A DNA stretch of 64,000 nt, from NCBI GenBank assembly GCA_050084515.1, contig CM114271.1:48856001-48920000 (forward strand), read 5' to 3'. Position 1 is the stretch's first letter, and each line of letters opens with the position of its first letter. The notes under the pieces are model-generated. The model was not told where the DNA came from. It ran no database searches and saw only the letters and a list, made by a program, of their open reading frames with translations. Of the stretch, positions 1-12,619 are shown piece by piece. The DNA is from Blasia pusilla. Lineage: Eukaryota. Both the position numbers and the translations under genes were made by a program.

Positions 1-3000
1 ATGACAATTATGCACTAATTGCTCTCTCATGCGACACCGTCCTATCGGGTTTCGTTTGTTCCTTCGTGTCGTCCTTTCGTCTCTACTTCTCTATGAAACG
101 TAGAAAAAGAAAGAAAGGAAAGGGAAAGGGAATGGGTCGTCGCCCAGCCCCGCCCCTAATCGTTATAGATCTATAATTATTGATAGACCTCTAGGGGTCT
201 ATCGATATTAATAAAGGGTAGGATGGTCCGCTGGCGGAGTTCTGGCACGTGTAAAACCATCGCAAAGTACAAACGCATAACACGTGTCGAAAATTGCACT
301 TGAACCCCGGATGTGTAATTGTCACTTTTATTCGGAATTCTTTATTCTAATCACATTTGGTACTTCTTAAGGGAAATCACAAGAAAGTATTGGAGAACAT
401 AGCATCCACTTATAGTTTACTCCCATTTACATGCCCCACATTCTAATGTTGGTGTCAAATGGCACTTACAACGCCTGGTATGCCTTTCTAATAGAAATAC
501 TAGTAATGAAAGCTTGCGTCTTGCTCTAACTTTAAACCTTCCCGGAGTTGTAGCCTTAAATATTCATGTAACACATATTCGAAATCCACCCACCTAGGCA
601 TGTTTTGAATAATCGATAAAATGCCACTCAAACGTCGATGCGAAGCCATCCATCATTCTAGGAACATGTAATGCACATGTCCAAGTTAGCGCATCAAATA
701 TGCGCTAACTTGGACATGGATGATTTTTCTTGAATGTAATCGTGCATCAAATATGACAAAAAGCGAGGATTTCGAACAGAAATTGACGAATTTGAAAATA
801 AAGAGGGGTCGATAATTACATTTCAGGCGAAGACGGGATAGTTACAATAGCCTCACGGTGTGTTGGTCTCCAGATAAATACAGGTCCATCCAAGCGTGGA
901 GCCCGATATTGGCTCCCCCATGTTTGACCCTTTGTTTTCAAGGGAGGAATAATCTTCGAACATAGTTCCAGAAGGCTCAATTATTGGACGATGCAAGAAA
1001 GGCATCAGATCTTTGGGGCACGACTTTTTGGAAGTGGAAAGTGAATTCAAAAGATACCCTTGAGGTTGTGGTGGGGTGGAGAAAGGAGGGTTTTGATTGC
1101 CCTTTAATTTCTCAATGTCCCCAAATCTTAGGTGCCTTTTTTCCCCCACTTATTCGAATCACATGTCACCAACTCTAATCCACTCTCTATGATTCGAGGA
1201 ATTTGTAGGAGCTATCTTTTCACATTGGGATGTGGTCATTTCCAAAATGGGAGGTTTTCATAATAATTCGTATTTTAGCAAGTACGAACATTTGTGTCAC
1301 CACGCTGTTGAGGCCTTTAATCATAAATATACCATATTTAATCTCTTCTCCTACTAATTTTCATATGTATTGATATTGTTTTATTATAGGATGAATTATT
1401 AACCTTTGTGGATATTTGGCCATGAAAATAAATTTGTCCCATCACGCCATACTCTTAGACGGGACATGGAAAATGGGACCAATAATATTTATTTGTTTGT
1501 AACATTTAAATAAAATATTATGCACAGAAAAAATTTTATTGTATACATCTTGGATTGTAGTTTATTATGGTGAAAAGGAGGGAAAGGGGATTTTTATGGG
1601 TGGGTGTAATGGAATGTAGGTAGGCAAATGGGTGAAGAAAAGGAAAGGAGCCTTTAACAAGAGGAAAGGATGATATGTGGAAAGTGGATGACTCGCCCCT
1701 TGTGCATTGCATGGACATTTCACAAAAATATGCATATTCCACGTGGACCAAATAATGAGCAATTTGCAAGGAAGATGTTATGAGGCCTTTTTATTTTGGT
1801 CCTTTTCCTTTTTATTTGGTCCTTTTTAGAATGAGGAATTTTGGCCTCGTGCTCTACTAGGAATAAGCACATTGGAAATTGCAAAAAGGTTGAAAACTTA
1901 CAACTTTCTATAGTCACACCTTCCCATGCAATCTAGGAGTTATGTTTTAGGAAACTCTCCATATCTAGGCCATATGAGTTGGGTGCGGGCCTAGGATCGG
2001 ACCATGGTCCTGGATGTAGGCTAAGGCGCGAGCCTAGATCGGGATATGCAAAAGGCTACGGGCTGGTTGTGGGCCTAGGCTTGGGCCATGCAGGGAGGGT
2101 GCGGCCCCCCTAGGGCTGGGATCAGACCTTAACATGGGCCTCGTGCATGCTTAAATGCGGGGTACAAGGATCATGTGTAGGTAGGGGCAGTCTCTAGGTA
2201 CGATTAGTTTCGGAGGCCACGTGATTGGTATTCACGAGTATAGAGGAAAGGGAAAGGTTAGAGTATAAGTGAATAGGGTAGTTATGTTAGGAAATACTTT
2301 AGTTGCAAATGAAGTGGGTGAAGAAGTTAGGAAAGTTGAAAAAGGATTAGGATTAGGAGAACAAAACAAGATTTGCTACTTGGTGATTAGTGAAGTTTGT
2401 TTAGGCATTAATAGTAAGTAGGGGTAGATGAGAAAAAAGGAGTAAGGGTTAATTTTCTCGGGTTAATTCCCTTCCTCCCATCCTCACCTATATAAACTTG
2501 CTCATTTTTAGTATTATCTCATAATCTCACTCCTCTTTCCATGTTTTCCTCTCTCTACTCTTTTGTATGAGATTATTCTTCTATAGATAGGTGAAAATAT
2601 GTTTTTCCAGGGGATAACCTTGATAATTTAATGTATCTTGGTTATCTAGGCTAGCATATAGATCTTCCTTGTTTATAATGAGTGTTCCAAGGTTTCTATC
2701 AAAGCATTCACAAAAAATATATTGTGCAATTTATATGTATTTCATAAGTTAATATATGTAATTATTGAGCATGTAATATTGTTACGAATTATCCAAATCT
2801 TTTTTGGGTAGGGATAGTATCTACTTGTCGTCATAAACAAAGCCAAAGAATTCCACCAGATTGTGAAGGAACATTGAAAAGAAGTACAAGAGGAAGGTGG
2901 AACAACGAGCAAATGGTAGTGTAAGTATTGTTCCTATTCGATGAGAGCATATAATAGCACGCGGATGGTGGAGCATTTCACATGAGAGAGATTAAAGACA

Positions 3001-5439
3001 AAGGATGGGAATCATGATACCCATCATGTCAAATTATGTATGAAGATCCCTCCTAATATGCAATGGAATCTCCGAAATATGGTGCTGATGGAAAATGGAC
3101 AGAGAAGGGAAGAGACCCTTGAGTGAAGTAGAGGAGACAAGGACATTCCACTTGGGTTCGTAGGAGACAAGAAATTCGCACTTGACAAGTTATGTTGAGG
3201 GCATCCTGGACTTCTTTTGGATTCAATCCATATGTAGAGAAGAAGTTCTCTGCCTCTTGATTTTGGAGATTTATGGCAATTTCATAAATAAGCTTTACTC
3301 GATTGTATACGTCAATGAAGCATATGAGCCAAAATTGCATCATCTCATCAATTCTTTGTTGATGTGGGATTTCTCCTTGAACCATCCTATATATGTTCAC
3401 TTTAGGTTTATAATTCGATCGGGGTCTACAATGTCCCAAACTGCAAGTGAAATTCTCATGCTCATGGGATCGCTTACAATACGAAGCTGGTGCATTACTA
3501 ACGGGTGTGTAGAAAGATGATATGGTCTCCTTGACCAAGATTTTCAATTAGCTAGACCCCTTCGTGATAGTAAAATGGCCTTTGGAAGACAATATGGATG
3601 CCAATAACAGGCTTTACAGGTGCGTGCCACACGAGATGTTACATAGTAATCTTCTACAGAAATTGGGGTTAAAGCAAATTTTTGTTTGGTGTGAGGATCC
3701 CTCCTTTAGGTACGATGAATTTCTTCATCAAATTAGGTATATCTTGCTCTTGTCTTCAAGAATTGAGAGATAATGGTGGTACCAACATCATACAAGCATA
3801 GTTGGTAACGTTTTAACCCAGTGCATTGTCTTATGTTGCGTGTAGAGTATGAGGCCCTAATTGCTCGATAGGTTGAAATAAGATCATATCAACCTCCTTC
3901 ATGCAAAGATCCTCTTGTAGAGTTATCTCAAGAATGAGTTCTCCCACGGTGCCCCTTGTTCTCCATTGTAGGAGTTCATCCATTTCTTGTTGTCATCTTG
4001 CCATGATGGATTCTTATGCCTTCCTCAATTGCTCCGTATGGTCTGCCATTATACATCTTTGTCTTCTATGTAGCTCATCTCTAGAAATTGACTCATTCCC
4101 CATGTTCTCCACCTCTCTCTTTAGTCTCTCATACTCCTCAAACAACTATTGATGCTTAATTCTCCTTTAAAATGTTCAATTTGGCTTCCAAATCGAATGT
4201 GCCTTGGGAATTATTTATTAAACTCTTCAACTATAATAGACGAGAAATAACCTTGCTCTTTTCCAAAGCACTCTCTCCATGAAATATTTTGGGAATAGCA
4301 CCGCTATGTAGAGGGAAATCAAAACTCTCTCTAGGTCCATCAAACTCATATTACAACCTAGATTGAGGTGATTCAAAACACCTCTAAAGTCTTCATTTTG
4401 ATTGGATTGGTGGGGATATTTCATCTTGGGCTTGCGGTATCGGTCTCTTATCTCTTCTCAAAGACCCATCCTCCACATCGCCATAATGAACCTCCATGTC
4501 CTTCATCAACTTTGTGACTTTAAGCTTAATGAATACCTTGCTTACTGACTCCTTCATAACTTGCAAGACCATTAAACAAGGCCCAATCCTTCTTCTAGTC
4601 ATCTTCTACCACTTTCCTTACAAAATCACCAATCACAAAATCTTGCCACTTGAGCTGTGACTTCTCCAACTCTGCCTTAAGAATATTGGGGTCATCGGCA
4701 TTATCTAAGTATGCCTTCAATTCATCCTTGGTAACAAATATGAAGAGTTTCTTCTTGTTCATCTTCTTAAACGTTGGCCAAATCGGTGTATCGTTGGGTT
4801 CTTCTCTTCTTCTTCCATCCTCTTTGTTATGAGGACTATGGTCTTCATGAGGTGGTAATTCCATCTTCAACTTGTCTTCTAGGGAAATCCAAAAGGAAAA
4901 GTTTATTACGAAAAGATTTTAATAATAGTGATACGATGATACATCATACATTCGTGATCATTTACAATCATTTAGAGTCACACATTCATATTTTTCAATC
5001 ATGTCTTAAATTCCTTGTGAAAAATTACAATCCTCAAATGGATTTAGAATCACACTATTATGGTAACAAAAATCCCATCACCATACATTTAATGCGTATA
5101 TATGCATGGTCTTAATCTTGAATCTATATTATCTACACCTAATATTTCTGCATCTGCCCTTATATATGCATGTGTGTACTCTAAGCTTTGCTATCAGAGG
5201 GGTTCATAGTCAGTTTACTTTTGAATCCTTTCCAAATAAGTCCAACTAATATTCGCTTAGGCATCCTTGACAGGGAGGTTGTATGTCACATAGTTCATTT
5301 TTTCACAATCATTCCTATGGCATAGATTTTTGTTACTATGCTAAAAGGAATATTTTTATACACTATTTTCAACTTCAATGAAATTTTCCTGACATAATTA
5401 TTATTTTTGTTTATGGGACCACCATCTCTCAGGTGAGAC

Positions 5440-5770
5440 TAAGCACTCATCATCCTATAAGGCATTTCCCCAATCTCCAACCTTGATGTATGCCTCAAAC
5501 TTGGATCCAAAATGGATGAAAGTATTCCTAGCATGAAGTTTGGGTATAAAAAATCCAAGCTTGTAGAAAGTCTCCATGGCAGCACCCAGGGCAACCACAA
5601 GCTGGATGATATTTGATGATACCTTGTGATAGGTGATCTTCTGCAACTCTCCTAAACCGCCCCCTTGTTCTTCAAGGTATGGCATGCTCGCATAGAATTT
5701 TCAGGTGCCCACCATTGCAATACATGTAGATGGCATGTGGTAGATCCTCAACAACCTTCCCATCATGGAA
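5440..5770 (-). pseudogene. Degenerate protein-kinase-like fragment
   Basis: Minus strand reads IYMYCNGGHL (subdomain V-like). After a frameshift it reads KLGFFIPKLHARNTFIHF...YIKVGDWG, resembling subdomains VIb and VII with the catalytic Asp lost. Confidence 0.5.
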
Positions 5771-8429
5771 ACTATTCCTCGATGTCAAATAGTGGCAAAC
5801 ATCCCTTCTCGCATCATTGATATTCTTGAATATAACTGAGATGCTTTCTTCAACACCTTCATGAAATAGTAAATATCTTCATTAAAGCCAAGGGTTTGGT
5901 TATTTTTATAATGATACATAATTTCGTATAAATATGAGCCCAAAGTATAGTATGGATCCTCTCTTACTACTACGTCCGAGCTAAAAATCTACATACATCC
6001 ACGTGGACTACCAACGTCTTTCCAACCGGAGTATCACGTCCCTTAAAAAGGCATTAAGCACTTTTAACTCAACTTTAAATCTTTGTAGTAGAGTTTTATT
6101 TGCAAACATGGGCTTCTCCTTCTTATTAACATATTGATATACACTCTCCCTAAGTTAACATCTTGTTGGGTTCACAATGCACTTGACCTCTTAGCCTCTT
6201 TGGCATTGACTTCACATATCCATGCCTTTGAAACTCTTGCACAAATCCTTACAATTCCAAGATAAATTCATATATGGAATCCATCCATAATCCTAAAAAT
6301 ATAGGACCGTCTCTTTTCTATGGGCAGCTCGAAAGTCTAGCCATACCTCTGTCACGTCTTTTAGGATAGATCGATGAGATCTAGTAGAGCGCCTTCGTGA
6401 GTAGTGGAGGACATGCTCAATAGGTCGAGGATCACCTGCTGAGGCCCTGGGAAACCTGAGAGAGCACATTTCCCCTTCGTTTCGGCTCATTTGGAGCCAT
6501 ATTGAAGAACTTACTATTTTAGGTGAGTACCATTTTGAGTATATGATCAATTTTCTAATTTTGGTAAGTATCCCTTAACCTCCTACATCAGGTCAAGAGC
6601 CAAGGAGGTGACTTGGGATCATAGGTTGCCATGGAGAGAGCTTGGGAGAGAGGAGGGATATACCTCAAGGAGAGAGAGCTCGAGAGCTCATTCTCTCTTT
6701 GTTGAACCTCTTGGCATAAGGCGGCGGAGCTATGGTCTTGCTTGCCTTCTCTATGTAACCCAAGCCTCTCATTAGGAGAGTGGGTTTGGTTTGACATTGA
6801 GAGAGACATGTGAGAGTGCACACATGTGAGAACTATGATGTTGTGAGAGAGATTGGATCTTATTTTACAAAGAGAGAATGAGTGAGTGGGAGAGCTTCAT
6901 GGGGGAGCTTCCTGGTCACTCGCTAGTTTTGTAGGTTGGGGTTCATGGGAGTGCTCACCGGAGCAAGAGCCGCTTACTTGTGATGTTTCCTTTGTCGATT
7001 TTTTGTGTAAAAGAGTGGCGCGCGGAAGCGCTGCCCAATTTTTGATAGGGATTGAGTATGGGGGCGGGTTGCCCCATGTTGGTGCTCTAGAGGGCACCAT
7101 GTAGCTTGCTGATTTGTGTTCTCACATGTTTTACATTTTTGTTGGGAGAAATCGGCGCGGAAGCGCTACCAAATTTTGTGTAGGAGAAAGAGACATTGGG
7201 CTTTACGACAATCCCTGTCAGTTTTTATTGGAATGTTCAATTTCAAATATTTTTTGACGCTATCATAGATCGTGAAGCTATGCACGCTGTGCAATAAATG
7301 GTGTGCAATTTGAGGTGTGAGAAAAATGTTATGATCAATCTTGCAAAACTGCCATTGTTAGGCAATTTTTAGGGTTAAATTGTTCAAACCCTAAACGAGC
7401 TGCGGCGGCGGCGGCGGCCGTCGCCATCATAGTTACGGTCAATGGTCAACCATCACTATCAATGGTCAATTGTCACCGTCCACCGTCCACCATCCACCTT
7501 CGTCGTCGCCTAGCGCTGCTTAGAGCCGCCTTTGTCTGTTGTCCACCCTTTGGTTGTCATTGCCGCCCATTACGGAGTGGAAGGTCTTCCACGACCACCG
7601 TTGATTCGCTGACTTGCACCGCCACCACGTACTTTGGTTTGGCCGCCACCGTCATCGCAGTTCGTCATCAACCATTGATGGCAGGTGACCTCGGGTTATG
7701 GTGTTTGAGTTTTCATTTCATGTTTCTATGTTGTGATTGGTAGCCGCTCAACGAAGATCGAGTACAGTGCCGTGACGCCCGTAGCCAGAACGCGCCGCCG
7801 ATTGCCACGCCGTGCCGCTCGTGGCCGCACCGCACCGTCTCGATTGCGTAGCCGCTCCTTCACTAAGAAGTAGAGTGTGTGAATTTCTGATTGAGGAGGG
7901 TATGCCACCGAGTTCCGCATCCCATTCTCGAGTGTCGTGCCGTTTGTAGCCGTTCCGTGCCGCCAGTGCTGCATCGGATCGTTGGACCTACACCGCATAT
8001 CGAGGAGGTTTGAGCAGCATCAGTATAGGAGGAGTACGACTTGCTGATTGGAGGAGTTGTCTCCATGACCGAGTTGGGGTCGAGATTTGCAGTTGCCGAG
8101 AAGCGACATCGACATTATTGTCAGGTTACCCTTATTGGTCTCTTACCTTGCACCTGTGAGGGATTCCCGGATGTTGGGAAGTTATTTGGGATATTGGGTT
8201 TTGTGCTGATGCTAGGAGCATCAATGATGTATGGGTTTAGGGGACATAGACCTGTGTGGGATGTCTAGAGTTGAGGATGGTTTATCGATGAGACGATGGA
8301 TCGGTTGATTTTCCGCACCACGTTGCTTGTTGTCGCACAACACCCGTCTCATTGAGAGAGTGTAGATTGAGTGCCGCATGTTTAGTTTGAGTGATTGAGA
8401 AATTACTCACAAGATTGAGAGTGATCTTG

Positions 8430-9698
8430 TGAGAGGGGCACGAGGGCCATCACGGCGTCCTTTCGGGATTTTGAGAGGCGAGGTAGTGGACCTGAGAGTA
8501 GCTCTGGAGGATTTACCCGGAGTGGTGCGAGGTTTCAAGGGTCTCCACGTGAAAGACCACCTCAATCTCCTTCTGTGTCTTCTTCAGAAAAGGGGGAGCG
8601 TGTAGAGAAGTGTGTTAGGCATCTACCATACACATTGAGTGGTTCTACCAGTTGGGCGTACGAGATGGACGACTGGGGTAGAAGACCTCGTAGGTTTTCG
8701 GGTGCTGTAGGCACTATAGAGCTACACAACTTCATTACGAAGTTTAGGAGTTGGTGTGACTCACAACAGGCTACGAACTCTAGAGAGTTCAACCCGTTTA
8801 TAGCTTGGAACGGTATGTTTGAGCATTTAGAGGGGGCGCCCATGGACAATTACCATGAGTTCTCCCACAGATATGCCCAGGAGATTAAGGCATGGTGACT
8901 CTACTATGACCCACACTATGTGTCATGGACGGAGCCGTTCCTTGATGAGGAGGAGGAGTCAGGAGAGGCTACTTCCTCTTCCACTAGTGATGTTTTAGGA
9001 GGGGTGACTCGCACTGGAGCTGTTGCACCATCTAGTGGGGTTCGTTCAAGGTTCAACTCCGTGGTTAAGTTCTTTGCTGAGTTGAGGGCAAGCTACTAGG
9101 GGGTACGGACGAAGAAGTTTCGGAGCATCCATGACTTCTAGAGGCACCCGGGTGAGAGTTTGCGTGAGGCTTACACTCGCTTGCGCCGGTTGATCAACGT
9201 CACTCAGGGGGTGACACATGCTCACGCTATCGAGTCATGGTACGCGATGTTGGACCGGACCCTACGGACACGGGTGCGGGAGGGGTGATCCTTATGAACA
9301 CCTCCCTCGTTGAGAGATGTTTTTAGGACCGCCGAGAACATTGAGCGCAACATGGCGAGGAGAGCGTAGCCACCATGGGTTCTGGGCAAGAGCAGTCATG
9401 ATTGTCTGCACCACCAGTGCACGAATGTGGACTCCGAGATAGGTCGATACCGGGAGGCCGTGGCACAAAACCTGCGCCTTCATATGCGGCTCAACACCAA
9501 CCGCCTATGATTACTTGTTGGTCATGTGGTGGAGCCCATCATGAGCGCGATTACACTCGTCAAGGTCATGGACGTGTGCCTCAGCATGGAGGAGGAGATG
9601 GTGTTGCACCAAGAGGTTATCATTGTAACTATTGTCAGAGGTATGGTCATACACACGCCAGGTGTTTCAATTTACACCCCGAGTTACGTCCGGACTGA
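8430..9698 (+). pseudogene. Gag remnant with zinc knuckles
   Basis: Capsid-like RPRRFSGAVGTIELHNFITKFRSWC (ORF 8575-8898) and F*RHPGESLREAYTRLRRL (~9135-9195). Zinc knuckles CWSCGGAHHERDY (degenerate) and CNYCQRYGHTHARC in ORF 9402-9698. Start is approximate. Confidence 0.8.
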
Positions 9699-10499
9699 GG
9701 GCCAGAGAGGGCACCAGAGCGAGTAGCCGGTTCGGGTGGGCCCAGAGATCGTGCACAAGGTGGTCCCATTGGGGGACGAGGAGCTGGAGTTGCCCAACAG
9801 GATGATGGAGCTACCCGTGGAGGAGGTAGAGTCCTACCACCTAGACGCGTCAAGGGAGTCGTCGGGTGTGAGGCTAGGATGGCTGCTCAGATACAATAGC
9901 TACAAGAGCAGATTGCCGATATGGCATTGAGGTTACCCAATGCCAAATCCGTGGCATCGACATCATATGGAGTAGCCAGAGATATGGAGGATCCTGGTTG
10001 GATGTGCGGGGTTGCCCAGATGGAGGCCGCTGTAGTTGTGACGCGTGGAGCAGCCATAGAGTTGGATCCACAACGAGGGGAAGCCACGAAACAGACTAGG
10101 CTTCCTCAATATTTCACATTGTCTGAGGCAAAGAGGACCCCATCGATGAGTCCTAATCATAGTTTCTGGAGAGTTGGTGATGTTGTTGGTGTGCAGGCAC
10201 GGAGGACGATGGGAGAAGCGAGTGCGACGACTCCTATTGTTGATGCTCAGGAGGGGCATATGTCGAGCATGTCATTGGGGGCGGCCACCATTGTATACGC
10301 GCTCCTTTATTTTCTGCTTCCGATGTTATGACGTTGGGAGGTATGCCCGCCGAGGTTTTTCGGCTGGCTGCTACGCTATGTGAGCATAGAGTTGGAGTTC
10401 CTGCATCACGTTCAAAGGTGATTGCAGAGGAGGTGATGGACCTGCCCTTGGAGCGGATGGTGGGGCTGTCCTCGTCAGATTCATGGCCAGCTACGACTG

Positions 10500-10960
10500 C
10501 TAGGATGGCGGAGATGCCCGTTAGACCCGCGATAGAGCGTGCCATGGCTTCTCCTAGTGTTATGTTGCTGGATAACCGAGGAATGGTCTTTGAGTTGGTG
10601 AGTCCCGGAGGTAGAGCTTTTAGTTTGCAGTGCGTCTTGTTGGACTCCGGAGCGCAACCCCTGACGTTGGGGATAGCATAATTCAGAGGATTGGGCTTGA
10701 CGAGAGCCGATGTGGAGCGTTGTCCATTCTGAATACAGAAATCCTTGGGTGGAGCGAGTACCACACAATATATCAACCGACATGAGGTCATGGTGAGGAT
10801 TCGCTCGGGACATCCTACAGATGAGTCTGTGGTGTGCGCCGAGACGATAGTGATTGATGTGGAGTCCTATGACGTCTTGGTTGGTGGAGCAATGTTATAA
10901 CCGATGGGGTTTTCCCTGGATTACTGGGAGTAGTCAACGTCCTACAGACCAGGATGGCAC
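10500..10960 (+). pseudogene. Retropepsin-type aspartic protease remnant
   Basis: Active-site CVLLDSGAQPL (~10630-10660) and second motif SYDVLVGG (~10865-10888), with internal stops. Confidence 0.8.
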
Positions 10961-11349
10961 TGAGATGATGGATGCCTTAGCTCATTACCCGTTTGATTCA
11001 CAGGTGTAGTGATCGAGCCACGGCGAGGAGAGATGGCGACCTTAGCAGCATTTAGCAATGCCATCACTTGGCCTAGTGATTTGATTGAGGGACATGTCCA
11101 TACAGAGGATACTCAAGTTCCTGACATTTCTATGGAGAGGAGTGTAGCTGCATCAGTCCGTGGAGGAGAGGTGCCGCTTTGGGGCTCGACTGAGGAGATT
11201 CGATGCTTAGCCACTAAGCATGTGTAAATCGCGTGGAGCAAGATGTTTGCACGTGAGTGTGACGGGTCAGAGGAAACCCAAGTAGGCAGGAGTGCTGCTA
11301 TGACCCCTTTGAATACCACCCCGATTATGTGGTGCATCCCAGAGAAGGG

Positions 11350-12300
11350 TATGCGGGTGTTGGATCTCTTTGGAGGGATCAGCACTAGGTTAGCTGCTAT
11401 TTTGCACGCTGGAATGCGCGTGCAATAGTACCCGTATGTGGAGATTGATGATATTGTGAGGCGTGCTTCACATCACCATGTGGCCCTATTACGCCTCCGT
11501 TTTCCCAACTTGTTGTATGGTTCTGCCATTCAGGGTTACCAAAGTTCCCTACCGAGGGACATTTCATTGTAGGGAGCAATGACCAAGTCTATGGTCCCTA
11601 CTTGCTCCCATAGACTTGGTCATTGCTGGTTGGCCGTGTCAGTGCCAATTGAGTTCTGGACAAGGTAGCGGGTAAGTTGACACTCGGTCCTGGTTGTTTT
11701 GGGAGATGATGCGGATCTTGCAACATTTACAAGAGCATCAGCCTTATTCTCCAGCATACATTTTGGAGAATGTGCCAATTTTGGGCGATTCGAGGTCCCG
11801 CATGGTGACGAGTGCACATCAGGTGCATGCATGGATGGCCTCGGCAGTGTTATTAGATGCGGCAAGTGTAGGTTCTAGAGCACACCGCCCGCGTCTTTGG
11901 TGGACCAACTTGAAACCACATGAGGTATTGCGGAGGGCTTATGCGAGAGTGGAGCGTCCCTCCGATTTGTTGGTGGATTCTATATTGGATCTGGGTCGTC
12001 GATCACAGGCAATGAAGCACGATGATCAACCATCGTTGACTGTGGTCAATAGGATTGGTAGGCCACAGGCAACCTTTCCCACATTGGTGAGTTTTCCCGC
12101 TTCCTATGCATTTAATGAGGCCAGACTTCGATTAGTTTGGGATGACCAAGTACAGAGGTTGGTGGAGCCCAACGCCAATGAGCGAGAGCGAGCAATGGGA
12201 TTCCCCATAAGAGTGATGGCAATACCGTCACTATTAGAGGCATTACGACGTTATGTCTTGGGTCAAGCAATGGACCTGAACTGCTTGACATAGATTTTCA
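11350..12300 (+). pseudogene. C5 cytosine DNA methyltransferase domain embedded in the retrotransposon polyprotein
   Basis: Motifs in canonical order: I RVLDLFGGIS (~11353-11382); II YVEID (~11435); III RDIS (~11555); IV catalytic DLVIAGWPCQ (11613-11642); V DTRSWLF; VI YILENVP (~11757-11777); VIII SRAHRPRLWWTN (~11874-11909); IX ERERAMGFP (~12180-12206); X LGQAMD (~12258-12275). Stops at 11426, 11570, 11673 and 12291; one +1 frameshift near 11575-11600. Confidence 0.92.
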
Positions 12301-12619
12301 GCTTAGGAGTAGTTGAGCAGCGTCGTTTGAGGATGCGACAGATCACAACTGTTGCGTTGGTGAGCCCCATGCCTACCGAGATGGTTGAGGCAATGGCTGG
12401 GAGCGAGACCCGAGGAGATCGACACACCAGGGGTGATCGGGAGAGACACCCTTGGACTTCTTGGGATTTTTTGCAGGTACGCTAGGAGATGATAGCCACA
12501 ACATTGAGCATGATTTCACGTATTGCACGTGGAGATAAGAGTTCTATTTTCCGAGACGGGGTTGCACCATAGCAACTACCAACATTCGCACCAGAGAGTC
12601 CTGTTGTAGTCACGATGGA

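Noticed and set aside
8030-8070. EEYDLLIGG resembling MTase motif IV or a protease motif
   Set aside because: No Pro-Cys follows and no other motifs are found nearby.
11350-12300. Bacterial restriction-modification methylase, contamination, or a host DRM/CMT/MET1 gene
   Set aside because: It is collinear with Gypsy pol domains, shares their decay, has no adjacent endonuclease, introns or BAH/UBA/chromo domains, and recurs in a second retroelement copy. Its ultimate origin stays open.
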